Source: an uncultured bacterium (lineage in GTDB: Bacteria > UBA8481). Taken from it: a stretch of 64,000 nt of DNA. How positions within the stretch are numbered: position 1 is the stretch's first letter; each line of letters opens with the position of its first letter. The notes under the pieces were generated by a model that saw nothing but the letters and a program-made list of their open reading frames with translations, made no database searches and had not been told where the DNA came from. The stretch lies in assembly GCA_964499705.1 (NCBI GenBank), contig CAZCME010000011.1, positions 1-64,000 on the forward strand, written 5' to 3'. The position numbers were made by a program, and so were the translations under genes. Positions 39,714 through 49,236 of the stretch are shown here, one piece after another.

Positions 39714-41058
39714 CGCCGACCTCCCTGCCGCGCCACACGCGGAAAAATTCTCGCGCGACGACCATCAGAACCGGCAGCATCACGACAAACTGGAGCCCGG
39801 CATTTTCCTGCCACGCTCCCGCGCGATGCGAGAACAGAACTGAGTAGGATGCTCCCGCCGCGACAGTCCAGAGCAGGAAACCGGCGAGCGGTTTCACGGC
39901 CAGGAGCGGCAGGAGCCAGGTCACATACCAGGGATGAATCGTGGGCTGGACGAGGAGAAAGAGACCCAGTCCCCAGACGGCCGCGGATTTCAGGGACGCT
40001 TCACCCGCTCCCGCGGCCAGCCCGAGGGCCAGGAGCGCGCAGGAAGCGATCAATCGTCCGGCACCTTTTTCCCAAGCGTTGCCCTTGCCCAACGACTGTT
40101 CCTCGCCACGCGCGAGGAGATACCGGGGTACGGATATCCAGTAGTCCACGCCGAGCAGACGATGCAGCACGCCGTTGAATTCCCAGTTGCCTTCGTACCG
40201 GGCCGCCGCTTCGAGCATCCGCGGCGCGGAGCGCGCGTAGGGCGAGAGCAGGAGCACCGCCGCGAGCAGAGCTCCGAGAATCATCCGTCCGCTCGTGCGC
40301 CGTGACAACGCGGCCGCCGCCAGTGGAAGCGAGATGAGCTTCGTGAGTACGCTCGCGACAAAGCAGGCTCCCGCCAGAAAATCCTTCCGGAGAAGAAATA
40401 ATCCGATGGCCGCGGCCAGCATGCCGACGCCGGCCGCGTCGATGTGAGCCGAGGAGTAGAACTCCGTCACGAGAAGCGGCGACCAGGCGTAAACGAGAAA
40501 GCCAGAAGCTCTTCCTGCTCGCAGAAGACCGCACGCCAGGAGCATGGCGCCTCCCCACTCGATCGCGGCGAGCGTCGCTTTCCAGGCCGAGAGCGGCGAA
40601 AGTCCTGCCGTGCGTTCGAGCTTATGGCTCGCGCGGGAGATCATCTGCGCGAAGGGCGGATAGATAGTCGGATACTCCTTGTGGTTGATTCTCGAAAAGA
40701 CTTCTTCGTCACGCAGCGGGATAAGTTCGTCCGCAACCGGCGCGTACCTGTACGGATCGATGCCCGCGTGCGCGACGCGGCCATCCCAGATATTCCGCCA
40801 GGCATCATCCGAGAGCGACGGCTGGAGGGGCATGAGCGTCAGGCGAAAGAGCAGCCCGAAAAGTCCGATGACCACCACCGAACGCCGGTCGTCTCCGGGG
40901 ATCAACGGCGACAACTTCTTCAGGAGAGTGAGATGCAGCGCTCCGCCGCCGACGAGAATGGTCATCCACCGGACGACATCGGGAACAGGATCGAGGGGCA
41001 GGCAGGCGAGAAGCAGGATCGCCTCCAGGGCAATTCCTCCCGCGCAGAGCGTCTTCAA
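39697..41058 (-). CDS. GT-C (GT87/DUF2029-like) membrane glycosyltransferase
   Basis: SDDAWRNIWDG, PYRYAP, TIYPP, YAWSPL, WEFNG, PTIHPWY. Confidence 0.8.
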   Translation of the reverse strand: MKTLCAGGIALEAILLLACLPLDPVPDVVRWMTILVGGGALHLTLLKKLSPLIPGDDRRSVVVIGLFGLLFRLTLMPLQPSLSDDAWRNIWDGRVAHAGIDPYRYAPVADELIPLRDEEVFSRINHKEYPTIYPPFAQMISRASHKLERTAGLSPLSAWKATLAAIEWGGAMLLACGLLRAGRASGFLVYAWSPLLVTEFYSSAHIDAAGVGMLAAAIGLFLLRKDFLAGACFVASVLTKLISLPLAAAALSRRTSGRMILGALLAAVLLLSPYARSAPRMLEAAARYEGNWEFNGVLHRLLGVDYWISVPRYLLARGEEQSLGKGNAWEKGAGRLIASCALLALGLAAGAGEASLKSAAVWGLGLFLLVQPTIHPWYVTWLLPLLAVKPLAGFLLWTVAAGASYSVLFSHRAGAWQENAGLQFVVMLPVLMVVAREFFRVWRGREVGVVSGI

Positions 41059-42519
41059 TCAGCAGGATTCGCGGAGCTGCCCGCCGATCGAAAGCGCCAG
41101 GCCTCCAAACAGCAGAAGCGTCCAGGGGAGCATCGGCCAGCTGAGAGCGAAGGCCGCCCGCAGGAGCCAGGCGCCGTACAGAAGGAACGCCGCTTCCGCC
41201 ACAATGAACGGATCCATCTTCAGCGTATAGGAGGCGCTCAATCCGTCTCCGCGCTTGGGAGTCCTCACGAACGGAGAATCCCGCATGAGAAATCCTTCCG
41301 TCACGGCGCGCGTGGCGTTGACGACATTTCCGGCCCCGACGACAAGCAGGGCCGCGAACCGTCTCAGCAAGTCCGCAAGGCCTCTTCCCGGTCGTTCCTC
41401 CCATTCCGAAGCCGCATGAAAAACGAAGACGAGGCACGTCGTCGCAAGCAACGACATCGCGTAAAAACTCCGCAACGCCCTGAAATCGCCTCCGGCGTAG
41501 AGCAGCGGCATGAGGAGAAGAAACGAGAAGAGCGTCATGGGATATGTCAGGGGCGCAAGCAGATGCGCGCAGGCCTCGATCTTGACGCGCGGCGGAAGAG
41601 GCGCGAGGAGAAGGGACGGGAGAAGTTTCCGCGCGACCTGAGCCATCCCCTTCATCCATCGGAACTGCTGAGCCTTGTATGAGCGCATCGTCGGAGGAAG
41701 CTCCGAATCGCACGCGATGTCATCGCGATACACGAACTTCCAGCCGCGAAGCTGCGCTCGATAGGAGAGATCGAGGTCTTCCGTGAGCGTGTCTCCCTGC
41801 CATCCTCCCGCGTCACGGATTGTCTCCGCGCGCCAGATCCCGGCCGTCCCGTTGAAGTTGAAGAAACAGCCGGATCGGTATCTCGCCTGGTGCTCGATCC
41901 TGAAATGCGCGCGCAGCGAGAGAGCCTGCGCCTCGGTCAGGAAGGAATCGCGCTCGTTCAGAAAAGTCCACCTCGCCTGGACCATGCCGGTCATGGGGTC
42001 CGCGAAATGCAGCACCGTCCGGCGCAGAAAATCGGCGGGCGGAAGAAAATCCGAATCGAAGATCGCGATGAATTCTCCTCGGGCCCGGGCGAGGCCGTTC
42101 GCCAGGGCGCCCGCCTTGAAATTCGCGCGGTCCGCCCGCCGGATGCAGCGGATGTCGACGCCGGTCTCGCGCAACCGGGCCGCCGTTTGCTCCGCCAGCC
42201 CGGTCGTGCCGTCCGTGGAATCGTCGAGCACCTGGATCTCGAACCGGTCGCGGGGCCAATCCATCGAAGCGGCCGCCGTGAGCAATCGCTCGACCACGGC
42301 GAGCTCGTTGTACAGCGGAAGCTGGATCGTGACGCACGGAATTTCGTCAAGCGCTGCGATTCCGCGGATCTCGACCTTCGGATTCAGGATGTTCCCTCCA
42401 TGCCAGACGAATAAGAGCACGGCGCGATGCAGCCCATAGCAGATGAAGCCCAGGGACAGGATCCCCAGCAGGAGGCTCAGCAGCACGACGATGATCCCGC
42501 GGCCGTCGGGGAACAGCAT
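41059..42519 (-). CDS. Processive GT2, cellulose synthase-like (glucomannan synthase type)
   Basis: QLPLYNE, DDSTD, KAGAL, FDSDF, FNGTAG, TED, QQFRW. Confidence 0.92.
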   Translation of the reverse strand: MLFPDGRGIIVVLLSLLLGILSLGFICYGLHRAVLLFVWHGGNILNPKVEIRGIAALDEIPCVTIQLPLYNELAVVERLLTAAASMDWPRDRFEIQVLDDSTDGTTGLAEQTAARLRETGVDIRCIRRADRANFKAGALANGLARARGEFIAIFDSDFLPPADFLRRTVLHFADPMTGMVQARWTFLNERDSFLTEAQALSLRAHFRIEHQARYRSGCFFNFNGTAGIWRAETIRDAGGWQGDTLTEDLDLSYRAQLRGWKFVYRDDIACDSELPPTMRSYKAQQFRWMKGMAQVARKLLPSLLLAPLPPRVKIEACAHLLAPLTYPMTLFSFLLLMPLLYAGGDFRALRSFYAMSLLATTCLVFVFHAASEWEERPGRGLADLLRRFAALLVVGAGNVVNATRAVTEGFLMRDSPFVRTPKRGDGLSASYTLKMDPFIVAEAAFLLYGAWLLRAAFALSWPMLPWTLLLFGGLALSIGGQLRESC

Positions 42520-45023
42520 TCGAATGTCTCGTCATTCGCTCCGGGAGCGATGATCCTGAACATGCCCTTGTAGGGCGCCACAGCCAGTTTGGCGGCGGTG
42601 TCCGTGCAGACCTCCACCGGAACTCCGCGCGGAAACCAATGCCCTTCCTCGTCCGAAATCCCCTTGAACGGACCGAGATAGACGGCTTTTTGTCCCTGGA
42701 ATACACAACCGGCGGACTTCGCATACTTGTAGCCGCGCAGCGTGACGGAGAAGAACCTGTAACCCTCCACGTCCTTCCAGAAGCTGCGCTTCAGAATCTG
42801 CACGCCGTAGAATCCTGTTCGCTCGGTAAGGGCAAGCAGTTCATCCTCGGTCAGGGCGCCGCTGATGCATTCGCCCCAGAGCCGGGGATCGCGTCGCTGC
42901 CACGGCGGAACCTCCGCGTCGGACACGATATCGGAGATGACCATCCGGCCGTGATTGCGGAGGACGCGCCAGATCTCCGAGAAAACCTTCGGCTTGTCGG
43001 GCGACAGGTTGATGACGCAGTTGGATGTCACGACGTCGACGGATCGATCGTCGAGCGGCACTTTCTCCAGGAATCCCTTGTGAAATTCCACGATGTCGTA
43101 TCCGAGGTTCGCGGAGACGACCTTCTTCTGCTCATGGGCGACCGCGAGCATCCTGTCGGTCATGTCGACTCCGATCGCTCGTCCCGTCGGCCCCGTCTTC
43201 TTCGCGGCGATGAAGACATCGATGCCGGCTCCGGAGCCGAGATCGAGCGTCACTTCGCCGGGCTTGATCCGCGCATCGCCGACGGGCGAACCGCATCCGT
43301 AGAAGCGGTCGACGACATCCTTCGGGATATGCGCGAGATCGGCGGGATCGGGGCGGACGGGGCAGCAGAGGTCTTCCTTCGGCTTCTCCGCGGCATCGCC
43401 GTAGAACTCCCGGACCAGCTTGCGGGGCGCATCGAGGTCGAACGAGAGGACGCACTCGGAACGCGTCGTGCGGACGCGCTCGGAATCCTCTCCGGCCGCC
43501 ACGGATTCGCTCGCGCAATGAACCGCTCCCTCCCCCATGCCCGTCAGGACGACCGGCGAGCCGAATCCGGTGTCGCGCCGCAGCAGAGCCGCGCGCGAAG
43601 ACGTCAGATCGAGGAGCGCGTCGCGGATCATCGCCTTGTGCAATTCGCAATAGGGATCGTGATCGGCCAGGGAATCCAGCGATCGGGAAGGCGCATAGAA
43701 GTACGCGTGCTCGATATCTCCTCCGCCGCAGAGAAATCTGATCGAGCAATCGGGACAGTGCGGCTTCTTCGCCAGGGTCATTCCGCGAAACGCGCGCGTC
43801 ACTTCGCTCTCCCGCCAGATCGTCTCGAGCGATTGCTCCAGGATCGATCCGCAGCAAAGCTCGGGAATCTGGACCATCGCGGCGGACGGATAGATCCGGC
43901 CGTCGCTGTAAAGGCAGAGCGTATTGACGCCGGCGCCGGAGAGATCGGTCTTCGTTCCCGGCCATCCTCGCATCCGCGCCTTCATCGCCTCGTGATTATC
44001 GACGATCACGCCGTGGGCGGCGCCCGCCTGTCTAGCGCGGCGAACGGCGGCGATCAGCGCGTCGTTGTCCGGCGTCGCATCCACGGGCTGATGGCCGTTG
44101 AGAGATGCGCGCCCCTTGCGGTGCATCCAGAGCAGATGATGGCTCCGGCCGCCGCACTCCCCGACAAGCCGCGTGATATCGGAGAGTTCCTCCACGTTGG
44201 ATTTCGTCACGACCGTGCTGACCGTGATGTCGAGACCCGCGGTGACGGCCGCGCGAATTCCTTCGACGATGCGCGCAAAACTCCCCTCTCCACGGATCGG
44301 ATCGTTCGTCTCCGGACGCGCGCCGTCCAGGCTCACCTGGAATCTCAGGCGAGGAATGCCCGCGTCGACCGCGCTCCGCGAGCGCATTTCGCCGAGCAAC
44401 TCGCCCTTGAACTGCAATCCGTTCGTCAGGATGGCCAGTTCCGCGTCCTGATCGACAAGCACTGCATCGACCAGGTCGAGAATATCCTTCCGGATGAGAG
44501 GTTCACCGCCCGTGAAGAAGAAACGCGTCGCGCCCAGGGCGCGCGCGTCCCGGATCGCGGAGATGATCCTGGCCGCGGAGAGCCCCCGGTCGCCGTCCGG
44601 ACCCGATGAGACGAGACAGTGCGTGCAGGCGAGGTTGCAGGAATTATTCGTATGGATCCAGAAATCCCGCAGCGGTTCCTGCGAGAGCGCCGACTGCCGA
44701 CCTGTGTAGGCGGGCCCCTGAGCGGATTCCACCCCAAGAAATTTATACCGGACCGCGTCACCCGTTATGGTGGCAACATCCTGCATCGCCCGCGTGAGTT
44801 CGAGTCCATGCCGGTCCGCGTGTTCGAACGCGGTGTCCTGGATGGACCGGGATCCGTCGAAGGAGTCCAGGATCGCCAGTCCCGCGTCGTCGATGCCGAT
44901 CCAGTTCGGCATGTCCGGATTCAGGAGGACATGCAGGCCTTCGCCGCTGATAAGCTCGTTAGGAGCGATTACAGGCCCGGATCCTGGATGAGGGCTCTTG
45001 CTGTTTCTGACGGGATCGGACAT
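42477..45023 (-). CDS. PqqD-like + radical SAM/SPASM + arsenite methyltransferase (ArsM)-like fusion
   Basis: [45 protein letters not shown]-terminal CC pairs. Confidence 0.85.
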   Translation of the reverse strand: MSDPVRNSKSPHPGSGPVIAPNELISGEGLHVLLNPDMPNWIGIDDAGLAILDSFDGSRSIQDTAFEHADRHGLELTRAMQDVATITGDAVRYKFLGVESAQGPAYTGRQSALSQEPLRDFWIHTNNSCNLACTHCLVSSGPDGDRGLSAARIISAIRDARALGATRFFFTGGEPLIRKDILDLVDAVLVDQDAELAILTNGLQFKGELLGEMRSRSAVDAGIPRLRFQVSLDGARPETNDPIRGEGSFARIVEGIRAAVTAGLDITVSTVVTKSNVEELSDITRLVGECGGRSHHLLWMHRKGRASLNGHQPVDATPDNDALIAAVRRARQAGAAHGVIVDNHEAMKARMRGWPGTKTDLSGAGVNTLCLYSDGRIYPSAAMVQIPELCCGSILEQSLETIWRESEVTRAFRGMTLAKKPHCPDCSIRFLCGGGDIEHAYFYAPSRSLDSLADHDPYCELHKAMIRDALLDLTSSRAALLRRDTGFGSPVVLTGMGEGAVHCASESVAAGEDSERVRTTRSECVLSFDLDAPRKLVREFYGDAAEKPKEDLCCPVRPDPADLAHIPKDVVDRFYGCGSPVGDARIKPGEVTLDLGSGAGIDVFIAAKKTGPTGRAIGVDMTDRMLAVAHEQKKVVSANLGYDIVEFHKGFLEKVPLDDRSVDVVTSNCVINLSPDKPKVFSEIWRVLRNHGRMVISDIVSDAEVPPWQRRDPRLWGECISGALTEDELLALTERTGFYGVQILKRSFWKDVEGYRFFSVTLRGYKYAKSAGCVFQGQKAVYLGPFKGISDEEGHWFPRGVPVEVCTDTAAKLAVAPYKGMFRIIAPGANDETFECCSPTAAGSSSCC

Positions 45024-45128
45024 GGGTCGATATTTTATCCCACGTTCATCGAACCACAAACAATTCCCTTGAGAGATCTGTAACCAGTAATTGAGGGCGA
45101 TGGATTTCGCATGCTGAAATCCAATTCG

Positions 45129-45217
45129 TCATCAGTCATCGTTCATTCGCCATTCGCCATCGCGTTGACTTTATCTGGATTCCAAATGACGAATGGCGAA
45201 TGAACGATGACTGATGA
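45129..45217. repeat. Heptamer-unit inverted repeat, 32-bp arms, 25-nt loop
   Basis: TCATCAGTCATCGTTCATTCGCCATTCGCCAT vs reverse complement of 45186-45217, 1 mismatch. Confidence 0.9.
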
Positions 45218-45331
45218 ACATTTCTCTCAATATCCCTTTGCGCGCTGAATAATGGACACGCACCGCATGATTTCGTCCGCCCGAATCTCTCATCTCTTGC
45301 TCCCATCCTCCTCGAATGCTACCGTGGAATC

Positions 45332-48097
45332 ATGTCCCCGAGCTCCGACGATTCCGCTTCCCGTAGCCGGATCTTCAAGCGTTTTCTCCTGCTCGCCTGC
45401 CTGATCGGTTTCATCACGACCGGTGCCGCCGTGTTCGCCATGATGAGCAACCGCGCGGACGCGCCAGCGGAGTCGGTCGGTTATCGGAGGCCGCTTATGC
45501 CTCAACTGCGGACGCAGTTTCCGGATAACGCGCTGCGGCGGGAGAAGCTGGCCTGGAGCGACCTTTCGCTCTCACTCAGTATCCTCGGGGCGCGTGATGA
45601 CATTTCCCTTTCCGTCGGCCCGGACGGCATGGCATCCGTCGATTCGGTTTCCTACAACGTAGGCGACCTCGGCAGCTTGAAGAACGCTCTCCATGCCGTG
45701 GCGCGGGATCGACTCCGGGAGGACACGCCTGATCCATCAACCGCGAGGGCTGCCGATTCCTGGGAGAAGCTTCTGCTTTCCGAGCCGGACGATCTGATCG
45801 GGATCGTGCCGGGCCGGGCGTCGTCAGAATATTTCGAGGGGGCCCGCCAGGCCGCGATGGAGGGTTTCTACTTCCAGACTTTCACCTCCATCGGCATCAC
45901 GGATCAACTCGCGGTCCGCTCACTCGTGCTGGAGGCGATCGCCCGTGCGCGCGGCGGCGCGATCCCGGCCGATCCGCTCCTGGATGCTTTCCAGGCCATC
46001 GCCTGGGGCCGCCCCCACCTCGCGCGCGCCGAACTGACTGGCGACTCCTCCGTCGTCAGTACCGCGCTGGCGGCCTGGCTTCGCGGCGACTTCGCGGCGC
46101 TTCCCGCCACGGGCAGCCGTCCTCAGAAGCTCTTCGGCGTGCTCTTCCGGATCTTCGATGATCGCCATCCGCCCTTCACGGTATTGGCCGACGAGCTGGG
46201 ACTTCCGGAATCCGATGCGCACTCGCTGAGATTTTTCCTGGAAAGCATGGCGGATGTCTCCGACCAGCATGTCCAGTCGATGCGCATGCTCGGCCTCGCC
46301 GCGGAGCGCGCGCGGCACATCGTGACGGGCGATCCCACGAGACCCGTCCCCAATAATGTCTCACGCGAGACCCTGGGTTATTGGCTGAGCTCGGCCAGCC
46401 AGGCCGTCTCGGCGCGCCACAATGCTCCGGATCCCCTGCCCCAGCTCCTGGCCGAATCCTGGCTGTACATGGCCGGACATCTCCGGCTCGATTTTCTCTG
46501 GTCACGGTTCGGCCACCAGGAGAGTTGTCGCGAGGAGACGGAGTGGCTCGCCTCCGTGCTCGGCGACAGTTTTCCGCTCATTCCCATCTGGCGTGCCAGG
46601 AAGTATCCGCTCGAAAAGGAACTATGCCGGGCGCGGTACGAGGCGGCGAAGAATTACTGGGATGACAACGCCCGCTACAGCGCGCTCAATGCGTTGTCGG
46701 AAGTCGACAGCGAGGCGTCGAGCGCCGAGGTGATCGCGATGGAGGACGCGCGGAGAGCGGAGACTTTTCGCGACACGAACATCCGGACGATCGCGCACCG
46801 GCGTTACGACGATGAGGAGACGGAGCAGATCCCGGAGATCCGTCACGAGGAACTCGAGAGGCTGCTCGCTCTGGATCCCAGCCGGCCAAGCCACTATTCG
46901 GCGGGCGACGACACGCTCGTGCTGCTGGGGATCTCCAGGATCCCGTCGTCCCTGCTTCTGCGAGCCGAGCTTGCCTACCGTGTCGCGTGGAAGGAACCGC
47001 TCCGGGAGGAGAATCTCGAGAAGGCGTCTTCGATCCTGGGGCCCATGATTTTCCAGAGCAGCGAGCCGCTGCGCGCGCTGCTGCAGTACGGCCAGTATCA
47101 ATGGAATCTCGCGAAGTACGAGAAGGCAAAGCGTGCTTACCGTGAATGGCTGACGCGCCATCCCCAACAGGATCTCTGGCGCTCGCATGTTCTCTCTGAA
47201 TTCGGCCTCCTCCTCTTCGAAAGCGGCGAGACCGCGAAAGGTCTCATTCTCCTGGAAGAAGGCTCTCAATCCGGAGCGTATGCGACGATGAACCGATATG
47301 CGATCGCGCTCGAAGCGCAGGGACGAACCTCCGAAGCGGAAGATCTGTGGCGCTCATGCGCGGACCGATATCCGGAGAACGGGTGGTACGACCTCGTCGC
47401 GTTCCTCGACAGGAAAGGCAAATCGAGCGACGCCGCGGATATCGTCCGTAAAAATCTGCAGGGCATGACCGACGGCAGCACGCGGGGAACGTTCGTGAAC
47501 GAGATGTTCGGACTGGACCCGGAAAGGCTCGCGTGGATATACCAGGAGGGAGTCTGGCCGGTGGCGTCCGCATACGACGACGCCAATCTCGCCGTCTGTT
47601 CGCTCATCATGGGGGAGGATTACTCGAAGGCTCTCCGACATCTCAAGGCCGGAGACGATGCGGGCCGCCGCCTCGGTACCGTCCTCTGGTTTCACAGCCT
47701 TCTGAAGCTACGGATCGAGGGACAGAAGGCCGCGATCGCCTTCCTGGACCGCAATCGCGATCTCATGGTGAGCGGCCCGTCGGATCGCGCTCTGGAGCAG
47801 GTTCTGCTCGGCAACATCGACGCGGTGGACGCTCAGACCTTTGTCGACTGCCTGCCGGACGGACGCTATTTACCGAGGCTCTACCTGATAACGTCGCTTC
47901 TGAAGCAGGCCAGCGGCGACGGCAAGAGCGCGCGGCTCTGGCTCGACCGCTGCGTCCGCACCGGCGCGCCGCTCGATTACATCCAGGTCCTGGCCCGGCG
48001 CGAAGCGAAGCTGCCGGTGGGTCAGTACTGGTGGACCATCGGCCCCCGCGCGCCTTATATCAAGGCGCAGCATATCGCCGCCAATTGCGATATCTGA
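45332..48097 (+). CDS. Membrane-anchored TPR-like helical repeat protein
   Basis: N-terminal TM; TPR-like units (YEKAKRAYREWL, GRTSEAEDLW). Confidence 0.6.
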   Translation: MSPSSDDSASRSRIFKRFLLLACLIGFITTGAAVFAMMSNRADAPAESVGYRRPLMPQLRTQFPDNALRREKLAWSDLSLSLSILGARDDISLSVGPDGMASVDSVSYNVGDLGSLKNALHAVARDRLREDTPDPSTARAADSWEKLLLSEPDDLIGIVPGRASSEYFEGARQAAMEGFYFQTFTSIGITDQLAVRSLVLEAIARARGGAIPADPLLDAFQAIAWGRPHLARAELTGDSSVVSTALAAWLRGDFAALPATGSRPQKLFGVLFRIFDDRHPPFTVLADELGLPESDAHSLRFFLESMADVSDQHVQSMRMLGLAAERARHIVTGDPTRPVPNNVSRETLGYWLSSASQAVSARHNAPDPLPQLLAESWLYMAGHLRLDFLWSRFGHQESCREETEWLASVLGDSFPLIPIWRARKYPLEKELCRARYEAAKNYWDDNARYSALNALSEVDSEASSAEVIAMEDARRAETFRDTNIRTIAHRRYDDEETEQIPEIRHEELERLLALDPSRPSHYSAGDDTLVLLGISRIPSSLLLRAELAYRVAWKEPLREENLEKASSILGPMIFQSSEPLRALLQYGQYQWNLAKYEKAKRAYREWLTRHPQQDLWRSHVLSEFGLLLFESGETAKGLILLEEGSQSGAYATMNRYAIALEAQGRTSEAEDLWRSCADRYPENGWYDLVAFLDRKGKSSDAADIVRKNLQGMTDGSTRGTFVNEMFGLDPERLAWIYQEGVWPVASAYDDANLAVCSLIMGEDYSKALRHLKAGDDAGRRLGTVLWFHSLLKLRIEGQKAAIAFLDRNRDLMVSGPSDRALEQVLLGNIDAVDAQTFVDCLPDGRYLPRLYLITSLLKQASGDGKSARLWLDRCVRTGAPLDYIQVLARREAKLPVGQYWWTIGPRAPYIKAQHIAANCDI

Positions 48098-48106
48098 ATC
48101 CGAAGC

Positions 48107-49180
48107 CTACTTCGACGGCGTGGTGTAATACGCGAGATGGCTGTTCGAGCGCTCGTTGCCGTGGAGCGAACCCAGGCGCTTGTCTTCACCCAGCCGGCTC
48201 ATCGTGAAGTCGCCGACCGTGCCTTCCAGCTTCAGGCCCTTCAGAAGTATCCAGTCGTTCTCCTGCATCGACGTCCACGTGCCCTGAGTCGTCCTGCCCT
48301 CGTCCGTGTGCGTGAACGAACCATTGGCGCGGATCGTGAGCCTCCCGAAGTCGGTCTTCAGGCGCGGATCGCGATGCCGGTACAGGGACCATGTGCGCTG
48401 AAAAAATGAAGGCTTTGTCCAGGGATCGAGATCGAGGAACTCGGTCGATGGTGCTCTCCAGCCGCGAAATCCGGCGCCTCCTCCGTTCAGGGACTGGATC
48501 GTGATCTCGCCGTCCTTTCCCTTCGTGACCGCGAGATCTCCGAAGCCTGTCTTGGCATCTCCTCCCCAGAGCACGATGCCGCCATGGACATAGCCTCCGC
48601 GCGTCTCCGTATTCACCGTCCACCGGCCGCGGTACTTGATGTTGTTCGCGGTCACGCGGACGAACGTGCCGTCCGCCTTGATGTGCGTATATCCACCGAC
48701 GGCTCCGCCGCCCCGCTTGCTCCATTCGCGGATATATTCATTATTGATCCGTTCGGACTTGACGACGTTGAAGACGACGTGCCCCTGCGTCAGCCACGTG
48801 CCGATGAAGTATTCGGCTCCGGTCGTGTCTCCGGTCGCCGCAGGCCCCGTCTGGGGATTTTCACCGGCGGGTGGGATCGTCTTCGGCATTTCCGCGGGTG
48901 CGACGCCCCCATCCCGGGGACGAACTTCCTCGGGTTTGTAGTAGCTGGAGAAGCTGGTGCTCGGATCGTATCTCCCGTCCGCAAGAGGGAGCATGACAAG
49001 AACTCCGTACTCATTATGACGAATGACACGGCCGTCCTTCCATTCCCCGTATCGAAGAACGGAAACTTCCTGCCCTTCGGTGAATGTCGCGGCCCGCGTC
49101 GTCGCGATCCCCGAAACCGTAAAAAGAAGGATATTCGCAAGGCAGATCATTTTGAAGCGAGACATCTTCAGGACCTCCAT
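48107..49180 (-). CDS. Secreted hypothetical protein (SH3/Tudor-like domain plus two lipocalin-like repeats)
   Basis: Signal peptide; GQEVSV..GEWKDGRV; repeated F..TW ... A.G.F ... G.W. Confidence 0.55.
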   Translation of the reverse strand: MEVLKMSRFKMICLANILLFTVSGIATTRAATFTEGQEVSVLRYGEWKDGRVIRHNEYGVLVMLPLADGRYDPSTSFSSYYKPEEVRPRDGGVAPAEMPKTIPPAGENPQTGPAATGDTTGAEYFIGTWLTQGHVVFNVVKSERINNEYIREWSKRGGGAVGGYTHIKADGTFVRVTANNIKYRGRWTVNTETRGGYVHGGIVLWGGDAKTGFGDLAVTKGKDGEITIQSLNGGGAGFRGWRAPSTEFLDLDPWTKPSFFQRTWSLYRHRDPRLKTDFGRLTIRANGSFTHTDEGRTTQGTWTSMQENDWILLKGLKLEGTVGDFTMSRLGEDKRLGSLHGNERSNSHLAYYTTPSK

Positions 49181-49236
49181 AAGGATGCTGTACTACCGGC
49201 TGCAGCATAACCAATCCCGCGCGGGCGGGCGAATGA

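Noticed and set aside
42477-42485. Selenocysteine read-through at CC-TGA of the radical SAM fusion
   Set aside because: The TGA overlaps the next gene's coding region, no SECIS is recognisable, and terminal CC is common in ArsM-like proteins
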